NCBI GenBank assembly: GCA_038868995.1
Contig: JAWCRZ010000001.1
Location: forward strand, 34,269-98,268
DNA length: 64,000 bases
Direction: 5' to 3'
Source: Candidatus Woesearchaeota archaeon
GTDB lineage: Archaea; Nanobdellota; Nanobdellia; Woesearchaeales; ARS49
In this document: positions 56,100-64,000 of the stretch, one piece after another
Numbering within the stretch: the stretch's first letter is position 1
How the letters are laid out: each line of letters starts with the position of its first letter
Translations under genes and position numbers: made by a program
Notes under the pieces: generated by a model
Seen by the model: only the letters and a program-made list of their open reading frames with translations
What the model was told of the DNA's origin: nothing
The model's database searches: none

Positions 56100-57872
56100 C
56101 TATTGTTTTTTTGCTATGTCAAGCTTGAGGTGCAGCTCTTTGAGGAAGTCATCCGTCCATTCCTGCGGGCTGCCGTCAAGTGGGTTTTCTGATGCTTTGT
56201 TGCGTGGGAAGGCAATTGCTTCGCGTATGTCATTTAGTCCGCACATTAGTGCAACTAACCTGTCAAAGCCGAGTGCGATGCCGCCGTGTGGCGGCGCGCC
56301 GTATTTGAATGCCCTCATTAAAAAGTCAAATCTTTTTTCTGCTTCTTCGTATTCAAGTCCTACGACGTGCAGTACTCGTGCTTGTACGTCTTTTCTGTGG
56401 ATTCTTATGCTCCCGCCGCCCAATTCCACTCCGTTTAATACGCAGTCGTATGCTTTTGCCCTGACTTTTCCGGGCGCTGTTTCAAGCTTGTCCATATCCT
56501 CATCTTTTGGGCTTGTAAAAATGTGATGGCGTGCCTGCCAGCTGCTGGTTTCTTCGTTCCACTCATAGAGTGGGAAGTCAATTATCCAGAGGAAATTGTA
56601 CGTGCCTTCTTTGATTAACCCTAATTTTTTTCCGATGTGTAATCTAACTTGGCCGAGCCCGTTTGCTGCTTTTTCAAATTCGTCTGCTGCAAATAGTAAA
56701 AGGTCTCCTTCCTCTGCTCCTGTTGCTGTTATTAGTTGTGCCTGAACGTGTTGAGAGAAGTATTTGACTATGCTGCTTTCAAGCAGATTTTTGCCTGCCA
56801 CTTTCATCCATGCAAGCCCGGGAAGCTTATACAATTTTGCAATTTCAATGAGTTCTTCTATTTCTGTGCGGGTGAATTTTCCTGCACCTTTGGCATTTAA
56901 ACAGAACACTTTTCCTTTTTTGTCTAATACCGACTTGAATACCCCGAAATCAGAGTGTTTTACAATGTCAGATACATCCGCAAATTCAAGCCCGAAGCGT
57001 ACATCTGGTTTGTCACTGCCATACCTGCTCATTGCCTCGTGGAACGTCATTCTTGGAAATGGTGTTTGTATATCTATGTTCAAAACTTTTTTGAAGATGT
57101 GCTTGAGCAGTCCTTCCACAATTGTTTGGACGTCTTTTTCTTCAACAAAACTCATTTCAAGGTCTATTTGTGTGAATTCTGGTTGCCTGTCTGCACGCAA
57201 ATCTTCATCGCGCAGGCAGCGTGCGAGTTGGAAATATCTGTCACAGCCGGAGACCATAAGCAGTTGTTTGTAAATTTGCGGTGATTCTGGCAAGGCGAAG
57301 AATTTTCCCGGGTGCACTCTGCTCGGCACTTTGAACACGCGTGCTCCTCCTGGTGTTGTTTTTACGAGCATCGGTGTCTCTATTTCCATAAATTTCTGGC
57401 TTGTGAGATATTCGCGTGTTGCCTGCGCTGCTGTATGCCTCATCAGCAGGCGTTGTTGCATTGTTGGCCTGCGCAAATCGAGATATCTGTATTCCAGCCG
57501 CATCTCTTCATTTGCAACAGTCCTGTCATCAACTTCAAAGGGCGGTGTTTCTGCCTGGTTTAGCACTTCTAAGCTGTCAGAAATTACTTCAATCTCACCG
57601 GTCACAATTTTTTTATTCTCCATCCCTTGCGGCCTTAATCGCACGTGACCCGTGACTTGCAATACCCATTCCCTGCCAATGTGCTGTGCTTTTTCGTGTG
57701 CCTGCTTGTTGTGGGACGGGTCAAAAACAACTTGTGTTATGCCGTATCTGTCGCGCAGGTCTATGAAAATGAGCCCTCCATGGTCTCTGCGCGTGTGTAC
57801 CCAGCCGCAGAGAACCGCCTCTTTCTGAAGGTCTTTTTTCGTTAGTTCCCCGCAGGTATGCGTTCTTTTCAT
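56100..57872 (-). CDS. aspS: Aspartyl-tRNA synthetase, bacterial-type with GAD insertion, probably non-discriminating
   Basis: RTHTCGEL, RRDHGGLIFIDLRD, CLRDEDLRADRQPEFTQIDLEMSF, GAPPHGGIALGFDR; 590 aa. Confidence 0.95.
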   Translation of the reverse strand: MKRTHTCGELTKKDLQKEAVLCGWVHTRRDHGGLIFIDLRDRYGITQVVFDPSHNKQAHEKAQHIGREWVLQVTGHVRLRPQGMENKKIVTGEIEVISDSLEVLNQAETPPFEVDDRTVANEEMRLEYRYLDLRRPTMQQRLLMRHTAAQATREYLTSQKFMEIETPMLVKTTPGGARVFKVPSRVHPGKFFALPESPQIYKQLLMVSGCDRYFQLARCLRDEDLRADRQPEFTQIDLEMSFVEEKDVQTIVEGLLKHIFKKVLNIDIQTPFPRMTFHEAMSRYGSDKPDVRFGLEFADVSDIVKHSDFGVFKSVLDKKGKVFCLNAKGAGKFTRTEIEELIEIAKLYKLPGLAWMKVAGKNLLESSIVKYFSQHVQAQLITATGAEEGDLLLFAADEFEKAANGLGQVRLHIGKKLGLIKEGTYNFLWIIDFPLYEWNEETSSWQARHHIFTSPKDEDMDKLETAPGKVRAKAYDCVLNGVELGGGSIRIHRKDVQARVLHVVGLEYEEAEKRFDFLMRAFKYGAPPHGGIALGFDRLVALMCGLNDIREAIAFPRNKASENPLDGSPQEWTDDFLKELHLKLDIAKKQ

Positions 57873-57911
57873 GGGAATGAGGCGAGAATGGTGCTTTATA
57901 AACTTTTAGCG

Positions 57912-58490
57912 TTATTTCTTGAACTTAATCTTGAGTGCCAGGTCTTCCAATTTCTCAAGTCCGTATTTTATGGCGTCGAACTTTTTCCTGACTGGCGTGT
58001 TTCTCCAGTCGAACAGCATTAGTTCCTCATAGAGCTCATTGACGAAATCCTTTATGCCAAGTGCCGACTTGTAGTCGCCTTTTATGCTGCTGTTGACTGC
58101 TTTTCTGACCAATTCTCCAACTACATCAGAAAGTGCTGATAGGTAAATTTCCACGTCAATGCCAAGCTGTTTTGCTGTTGGGATATTGCCGTTTTTCAGG
58201 TAGTGCACATAGCATGCTGCTTCGGAATATTCTTCCATAGCATCCGAGTATGCTCCTGTGCTTGCTGCGAGATGCGGGTCTTTTTTGAGAAGGTTGTCGA
58301 TTTTCCTTATAGATGCTTTTGCTTCTGCAAGGAGCTTGTCTGCTTCTTTCATGTCGTTTCTGTGCGCGGCATATATGGCTGCCTTGCTTGACTTGAGAAC
58401 TACCCTGCTGTCCGCTATAAGTTGCTCTCGCTGCTTGTCAAATGCTTCCATATAGTAGCGCATCTCTGCAAAGTCCTTCTTATTGAGCAT
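57912..58490 (-). CDS. Translin/TRAX (C3PO)-like protein
   Basis: REQLI..SR, AMEEYSEA, YLSALSDVVGEL.R and RKKFD motifs. Confidence 0.85.
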   Translation of the reverse strand: MLNKKDFAEMRYYMEAFDKQREQLIADSRVVLKSSKAAIYAAHRNDMKEADKLLAEAKASIRKIDNLLKKDPHLAASTGAYSDAMEEYSEAACYVHYLKNGNIPTAKQLGIDVEIYLSALSDVVGELVRKAVNSSIKGDYKSALGIKDFVNELYEELMLFDWRNTPVRKKFDAIKYGLEKLEDLALKIKFKK

Positions 58491-58650
58491 GCCTTCTCCC
58501 GACTCGTCGACATTTATAAATATTCCTATGTCGAAAAAAGTGGTTTTTTGATGTCATCCAAAGCGTTTATTGACGATACCCGTGCTTTGTCTGTACAGAA
58601 AGCTTTATATAAGCACAAAGTCCCTTTGTCAATGAAAAGAGTGTGAATTA

Positions 58651-59205
58651 ATGGCTGAGACAGTACTGGGCGGCGTGTTGGATTTCTTCAGGGAATTGGG
58701 CATTTATGACGTTGTCCTGCCTTTTATTTTGGTCTTTACGATTATGTTCGCCATTCTCGAGCGGACGAAGATTTTTGGCACTGAAGGTGAGAAGAAGTAC
58801 ACCAAGAAGAACCTTAACGCAATGGTTGCGTTTGTTGTTGCATTCCTTGTGGTTGCTTCATCGAAGCTTGTTGAAGCTATTACCAAGGTCAGCAGTGAGA
58901 TTATTGTCTTGCTTCTGCTGATTGTCTTTTTCCTGATGCTTGTTGGCACGTTCTACACGACTGAGGAGATTGAGAAGAAAGGTGTTTCTTTGGAAGGTCC
59001 CTGGCGGCTCGGCTTTATGATTTTTATTGCGATTGCCATTTTGTTTATCTTTTTGGACGCGATTACAACAGAGGATGGCAGGACCTGGCTTGAGGTATTT
59101 TGGGATTGGCTGTCCCAGTTTTACACGAATACTGCTGTTGCTGCGATAGTTTTAATAATCGCAGTTATTATATTTGTATACTTCGTTACAAAAGGCAAGG
59201 ATTGA
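58651..59205 (+). CDS. Multi-pass membrane protein, paralog 1 of 4
   Basis: DVVLPFILVFTIMFAIL ... N..VA.VVA. Confidence 0.8.
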   Translation: MAETVLGGVLDFFRELGIYDVVLPFILVFTIMFAILERTKIFGTEGEKKYTKKNLNAMVAFVVAFLVVASSKLVEAITKVSSEIIVLLLLIVFFLMLVGTFYTTEEIEKKGVSLEGPWRLGFMIFIAIAILFIFLDAITTEDGRTWLEVFWDWLSQFYTNTAVAAIVLIIAVIIFVYFVTKGKD

Positions 59206-59218
59206 AAAGGAGGTTAAT

Positions 59219-59815
59219 ATGCTGTTCCAGTATTACCCGACATATACATCAGGTACAGGCAGAAGTGTTTTTCAAACGTTGGCCGACTGGGGTTTTGTTG
59301 ACGCCATTCTGCCGTTTATTCTGATTTTCGTTCTTGTTTTTGCCATCTTGCAGAAAATTGGCATGTTCAAAGACGACAAGGGCAAGCCTGACAGAAAGAT
59401 TAACGGCTTGCTCGCATTGGTGATTGCTGCCTTGGTTGTCGTGCCTCACGTTGTGCAGCTTTACCCTCCTGACCAGGACCCTATTAACATTATAAACCAG
59501 TTTCTGCCAAGCACTGCAGTGATTTTGGTGGCGATTTTGGCTGTTATTCTTTTGTTGGGCCTTGCCGGCGCTGAAATTCCTAGTGTTCTTCAGTGGCTGA
59601 TTGCTTTGTTCGCTCTTGGTTTTCTTATAGTTATGATTTTGATGGCAGTCATTCCTGGCTTTTTCCCTACTTTCTACTGGCTTCAGGATCCTGCCATTCA
59701 GGCATTGCTTATTATTCTGCTCGTGATGGCTTTGGTCGCGTGGTTTGTTATCAGGGAGCCTGGCGAGGGCGACTTCAAGGGATGGATTAAGGATTGGCTG
59801 GGCGAGATCAAGTAA
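59219..59815 (+). CDS. Multi-pass membrane protein, paralog 2 of 4
   Basis: DAILPFILIFVLVFAIL; RKING.LAL; GGAGG RBS. Confidence 0.8.
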   Translation: MLFQYYPTYTSGTGRSVFQTLADWGFVDAILPFILIFVLVFAILQKIGMFKDDKGKPDRKINGLLALVIAALVVVPHVVQLYPPDQDPINIINQFLPSTAVILVAILAVILLLGLAGAEIPSVLQWLIALFALGFLIVMILMAVIPGFFPTFYWLQDPAIQALLIILLVMALVAWFVIREPGEGDFKGWIKDWLGEIK

Positions 59816-59816
59816 A

Positions 59817-60452
59817 ATGCCTTTTCAGCAAGCACCAAGTGGCGGACAGTTGCGTGGAGTTTTTCAGTACTTGGTGGATTTTGGTTTTCTTGACCTTGTC
59901 TTGCCGTTTATCCTGATTTTTACTCTTATTTTTGCAATTTTGCAGATGACCAAGGTGTTTAAGATAAAGAAGAAGGTCAAGATTGGCGGTCAGGAGCAGG
60001 AAGTTGAGGTTGGTGACCGCAAGATCAACTCTCTTATCGCCTTGGCAATTGCTGCAATGCTGGTTATTCCTCATGCGATTGGAATGTATCCTCCTGAGAT
60101 GGACCCGATTGCATTGATGTCAAGCTTCCTCCCCAGCACGGTTGTCGTGCTTGCTGCTGTTTTTGTTGTCATGTTGCTGTTGGGCTTTGCCGGCGCTGCT
60201 GAAAAGAGCGCTTTGCAGCTGCTGATTGCCGCGATTGGCGTTGGCTTGCTGGTGTTTTTGTTCGTCTTGAACATGTTTCCGCGCACGTTCCCGGCGTTTT
60301 ACTGGCTGGCCGACCCTACTATACAGGCGGTTTTGTTTGTTTTCCTGATTATGGGCTTGATTGTGTATTGGGTGATGAAGCCAGAAAGCGCAAAGCCCTT
60401 GCCGAAATCATTGAAAGAGTGGATGCTTGAGCGCCATCCGCCGAGGACATGA
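59817..60452 (+). CDS. Multi-pass membrane protein, paralog 3 of 4
   Basis: DLVLPFILIFTLIFAIL; RKINS.IAL; shares DPI and F.WL.DP.IQA with paralog 2. Confidence 0.8.
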   Translation: MPFQQAPSGGQLRGVFQYLVDFGFLDLVLPFILIFTLIFAILQMTKVFKIKKKVKIGGQEQEVEVGDRKINSLIALAIAAMLVIPHAIGMYPPEMDPIALMSSFLPSTVVVLAAVFVVMLLLGFAGAAEKSALQLLIAAIGVGLLVFLFVLNMFPRTFPAFYWLADPTIQAVLFVFLIMGLIVYWVMKPESAKPLPKSLKEWMLERHPPRT

Positions 60453-60997
60453 TGGCTACCCCGCTTGATGTTACAGCTTTGCAGCAGTTCAGCGGTATTT
60501 TTCCGTTTTTGCTGACGTTAGTGCTGGTTTACGCTATTCTGTCAATGACTGCCTGGTTTAAGGACAAGAAGACCTTGGCTGCATTGATTGCAATCATCGC
60601 AGCGTTTATTACCCTGTTGAGCCCGATTGCAATTAAGACAATTAATTTGATGGCTCCTTGGTTTGTTTTGTTTGTTATTTTCGCAATTTTGTTTGTGCTT
60701 GCTTTTATGCTGTTTGGTTTCGAGCAGAAGGCGTTTACTGACTTTATTATTAGTGGTGAGTATGGTGTCGGTACTTGGATTATGGCGATTATGCTTATTA
60801 TTGGAATCGGCTCACTTGTGTATGTAGTGAATGAGGAAAGGGGCTTTGCCGAGTTGACTGCTGAGAATGTAAGCGCTGTGAAACCTTCTGAGTCATATGG
60901 TTTCTGGCAAACGTTGTTTCACCCTAAGGTTTTGGGAATGGTGTTGGTACTGCTTGTAGCTTTGTACACTGTCAAGCAGATGACAAAGTCAGAATGA
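60449..60997 (+). CDS. Multi-pass membrane protein, diverged paralog 4 of 4
   Basis: IFPFLLTLVLVYAIL; APWFV. Confidence 0.75.
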   Translation: MMATPLDVTALQQFSGIFPFLLTLVLVYAILSMTAWFKDKKTLAALIAIIAAFITLLSPIAIKTINLMAPWFVLFVIFAILFVLAFMLFGFEQKAFTDFIISGEYGVGTWIMAIMLIIGIGSLVYVVNEERGFAELTAENVSAVKPSESYGFWQTLFHPKVLGMVLVLLVALYTVKQMTKSE

Positions 60998-60998
60998 C

Positions 60999-61640
60999 TT
61001 ATTTTTTTGCTGATTTGGTTATTCGGGAGAGCTCTTGAATGTTTCCTGTTAGTTCCGGAAGAACTTTCTGGAAGACCTTTTCCATCGCTTTTATTTCTGT
61101 TCCTACGTCCATCAGGGTTTTGTCATATTCACCTATACGTGCCACGATTGCCTTGTGCAGTCCATCGAGGTCTGCCCGTATGTCTGTCATGCTTTGCTCA
61201 AGCTTGTCTATGCGTGAGGTTAGAAGGTCTTTCCATTCGTTGACTTTGGCAACGTCTTTTTGCAACTCGTGCCATTTTTCCTCTATGATTTGCTCAACTA
61301 GTGCTTCTGATTCAGGGTGTGCCGGTGCTTTTATTTCGCTGCGGGGTGGCATTTCTCCTGGCGCTTCCATTGGCTCTATTGTCTTTTTGACTTCTGCTTG
61401 TGCTAATGCGTCGTAGATTTGTGTTGGCTGGTAGCCCTGTCTTTGTAATGTTTGTATGATTTGGTTGTTTGTCAGTCCTTGTGACTGCATGCTGACAACT
61501 TGCGCTATTGGAACTTCAGAAGGCAATGGAGGGGGTTGTGTGCCGGGCATTGGGGGCGCTCCTGGTGGCATTTGCCCTGTAGGCATTGGATAGGGTGTTT
61601 CTATGTCTTTTTTCTTTTTGAAGATGTCCATTAATGCCAT
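60999..61640 (-). CDS. Hypothetical protein: Pro-rich N-terminus, small helical domain, coiled coil
   Basis: PMPTGQMPPGAPP; QGLTNNQIIQTLQRQGY; heptad-rich C-terminus. Confidence 0.8.
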   Translation of the reverse strand: MALMDIFKKKKDIETPYPMPTGQMPPGAPPMPGTQPPPLPSEVPIAQVVSMQSQGLTNNQIIQTLQRQGYQPTQIYDALAQAEVKKTIEPMEAPGEMPPRSEIKAPAHPESEALVEQIIEEKWHELQKDVAKVNEWKDLLTSRIDKLEQSMTDIRADLDGLHKAIVARIGEYDKTLMDVGTEIKAMEKVFQKVLPELTGNIQELSRITKSAKK

Positions 61641-61699
61641 CGTATCAACCTTTTTTTATTCGTTGAAGAATTAATGATTTTTAAAGGTTTGTATTAGGA

Positions 61700-61830
61700 G
61701 GTCAAGTCAAGTTTCTGGTGCTAACTTGCCTTGGTCCTCTGGACTCATTTTTCTCTCAGGTGCGGAGGAGGGAAAATTGACCTCAGCGAAGCCGAGGCAG
61801 AGCGGCCAGCGCCATTAAGTTGACAGCACC
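61700..61830. repeat. Dispersed palindromic element, copy 3 (reverse orientation of copy 2)
   Basis: Reverse complement reads GGTGCTGTCAACTTAA-TGGCGCTGG...TAGCACCA-GAAACTTGACTTGACC. Confidence 0.9.
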
Positions 61831-61833
61831 GTA

Positions 61834-62304
61834 TTAGGATGGGCTGTCGTAATTTGGCTTTTCTGTTTCTTCGTGCTTGCCGAGTTTTTCGTCAATTATT
61901 TTCTCGATTCTGTCTGCAGTTACGAATTTGACCGGGTCCCAGAGTTCAAGGTAGCGCTTCATGACGTCAATGTCTTCTTTGCGCGCAGCTAGCCGGAGTT
62001 CTTTGATTATGGTTATTATCTTGTCCTCGACTGCTTGTATTGTACGACGCATTTCCGTAACGTCATTTTGGAGTAATTTTATTTCTGCCATTGCTTTTTT
62101 GTGGTTTGATAGCATGTTTTGTTCCACAAGAAGCAGTTTTTTGCGGAGTTCTGAGTAGCGTTCTTCGCTAATGCGCACTCTTGCAGCCATCAGGTTGAGC
62201 TGTTCTGTTGTGCCGCTTATGTCATGCTCTATTGCTTGTTTTGGCGCTCCAAATGCGCTTTTTGCCGGTATCGGCGGCTCTATTGCATAGGTTTCTTCTG
62301 GCAT
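61834..62304 (-). CDS. Hypothetical coiled-coil protein
   Basis: Heptad-rich 156-aa ORF, co-oriented with 60999-61640. Confidence 0.75.
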   Translation of the reverse strand: MPEETYAIEPPIPAKSAFGAPKQAIEHDISGTTEQLNLMAARVRISEERYSELRKKLLLVEQNMLSNHKKAMAEIKLLQNDVTEMRRTIQAVEDKIITIIKELRLAARKEDIDVMKRYLELWDPVKFVTADRIEKIIDEKLGKHEETEKPNYDSPS

Positions 62305-62390
62305 GCTAAATGTTTATATACCCTCATAATTTAAGTGTCGGTGAACATCATAAATTTGCGTGACTCTAGGTTAGTGGTAAAAGAGGGGAT

Positions 62391-64000
62391 ATGGCAGCGT
62401 GTGGGAAATATGACATAATTCGTGAAGGGGAGGACATCATTCTCAGGGTTGACTGCGAGGGCTGCCCTTTCTTTCCGAGTTTGGAGGATGAGCCGCGCTT
62501 GATGTCCATTACCATGGACATTCTGGCTGAGGCGGGCACTATTACTAAGATTGTTTATGTTCAAAAGCGCGATTTTGAGTACGATGAAGCACAGGTTGCA
62601 ATGCTGTCCGAGCTTGCTGCCATTTACAAGAGCTTGGTTGCGCAGAAGTTTTCTTACGGACTGCTTGCAAAGCCGGCTTGCGCACGCTGGGTTAATCCGA
62701 GATACGTGCAGATACAGGAGATTTTGTATCGTTTGTTCAAGCAGGACCCGATTGCTGCCTATGTTGATTTGATACGGCTTGCAAGAGAGGAAAAGAGGCA
62801 GATTGATGCAGGATTGACCACGCAGGAGGGTGTGCAATGCTTGCAGAATTATTTCAAATTATTGCAGGAAGCGGTTAACATGCTTGAGCAGACAAGGATG
62901 ATTAAGCTTGCCCAGCCGTATCTGCCCGGCTTCCAGCCGGGCGACAGGGCTATTTACCGCCGCTTGTTTTCTCCAACCATTAAGCCGGATTTCATGTTTA
63001 CCAAGCTGATGGCTTCTTTTCCTTCTGAAGGCGAGGAGCTGGCGAGTTATCAGGTTGGCGAGACGGAAATTACTGTTTTCCAGTTGCCCGAGACAGTGCA
63101 GTATCTTTACCATATGGTGCCTGCTGAGTTCAAGCTGAATGAGGAAAAGTATGAATTGCTTGATGCCGCTCGGAAGATTATGGCTGAACACAAGCCGAAG
63201 CGTTCTGAGTTTGTTGACCCTGAACGTATGCGGCAGGTTTTTGCTTCTGTTGGAACTGATTTGCTTGAGGAGCTTGCGAATAGTCGTGGAATGCATTTGC
63301 GTGTGAAGGACCGTGAGGAGCTTGCTGATATTCTTGTGCGCTACACTGTCGGATTTGGGCTTGTTGAAGTGCTGTTGCAGGATGACAATGTGCAGGACAT
63401 TACTATTAACTCTCCTATGGGACGGATCCCGATGTTTATCGTGCATAATGAGTTTGGCGATTGCACTACAAACATTATTCCGACTGCTCCTGAAGGTGAG
63501 AGTTGGGCGTCCAAGCTGAGGATGATTTCAGGGAGGCCCCTTGATGAGGCAAATCCTATTCTTGATACAGAGCTTGTTTTGCCTTCCGCGCGTGCAAGAG
63601 TTGCCGCGATTACCTCTCCGTTGAATCCAACTGGCTTGGCGTACTCATTGCGCCGTCATCGTGACAAGCCCTGGACTTTGCCTTTGTTTATGAGCAACCG
63701 TATGTTGACACCTTTGGCTGCTGGCGTTTTGAGCTTTTTGATTGACGGTAGTAGGACTATGCTGATTGCCGGTACAAGGAGTTCTGGAAAGACCTCTTTG
63801 CTTGGAAGCGTTATGGTTGATATTATGCGCCGTTCCAGAATCATCACTATTGAGGATACTTTGGAATTGCCTGTTGACGCGTTGAGAAAGCTGAATTACA
63901 ATATTCAGAGCATGAAGGTTGCTTCTGCTTTGACTCGCGGGACTACTGAAGTTAGTGCTGATGAGGGCATTAGAACGACTTTGCGCCTTGGCGATTCCAG
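62391..64000 (+). CDS. Type II/IV secretion or pilus ATPase (TadA/VirB11/FlaI-like), 5' partial, runs off the window; absent from ORF track
   Basis: GAGGGG RBS then MAACGKYDII...; translated by hand: LLQDDNVQDITINSP, AGTRSSGKTSLL (Walker A), ITIEDTLEL; no stop seen. Confidence 0.88.
   Translation, partial: MAACGKYDIIREGEDIILRVDCEGCPFFPSLEDEPRLMSITMDILAEAGTITKIVYVQKRDFEYDEAQVAMLSELAAIYKSLVAQKFSYGLLAKPACARWVNPRYVQIQEILYRLFKQDPIAAYVDLIRLAREEKRQIDAGLTTQEGVQCLQNYFKLLQEAVNMLEQTRMIKLAQPYLPGFQPGDRAIYRRLFSPTIKPDFMFTKLMASFPSEGEELASYQVGETEITVFQLPETVQYLYHMVPAEFKLNEEKYELLDAARKIMAEHKPKRSEFVDPERMRQVFASVGTDLLEELANSRGMHLRVKDREELADILVRYTVGFGLVEVLLQDDNVQDITINSPMGRIPMFIVHNEFGDCTTNIIPTAPEGESWASKLRMISGRPLDEANPILDTELVLPSARARVAAITSPLNPTGLAYSLRRHRDKPWTLPLFMSNRMLTPLAAGVLSFLIDGSRTMLIAGTRSSGKTSLLGSVMVDIMRRSRIITIEDTLELPVDALRKLNYNIQSMKVASALTRGTTEVSADEGIRTTLRLGDS

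Noticed and set aside
1-64000. CRISPR array, cas genes, integrase or transposase
   Set aside because: No regularly spaced direct repeats with unique spacers and no recognisable Cas, IntI or Tnp ORF; the tandem repeats seen are inside coding sequences.
1-64000. Many alternative-frame and antisense ORFs in the track (e.g. 32941-33930, 34153-34863, 20914-21603)
   Set aside because: They overlap well-supported genes and lack motifs, RBS or typical composition.

Overview
Archaeal chromosomal segment, most likely from a DPANN (Woesearchaeota-like) genome. This is inferred from AglB/STT3, NucS, HerA-Mre11, the OapABC cluster, a Cc1-like chromatin protein, a translin-like protein, BRE/TATA promoters and GAGGTG ribosome-binding sites. 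About 65 genes and one intronless tRNA-Trp. Ordinary content: DNA repair and topology (NucS, TopA, UDG, Nudix, PolX, DHH, HerA, Mre11), translation (aspS-gatCAB), a large surface-protein and N-glycosylation island, and the 5' part of a type II/IV secretion or pilus ATPase. No CRISPR array, rRNA, integrase or transposase seen. Most unusual signals: (1) three dispersed 126-139 bp palindromic elements, one with its core inverted relative to conserved flanks; (2) a secreted protein with hallmarks of a bacterial outer-membrane beta-barrel, next to a lipoprotein with TolA-like repeats; (3) three tandem secreted Tyr/Pro-rich proteins with a 4-Cys C-terminal module, each with its own TATA box; (4) an AglB-FKBP fusion; (5) a five-hairpin intergenic RNA candidate and a small ORF whose RBS can be sequestered by its own 3' region. 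All family calls come from motif recognition by eye; no database search or folding program was run.
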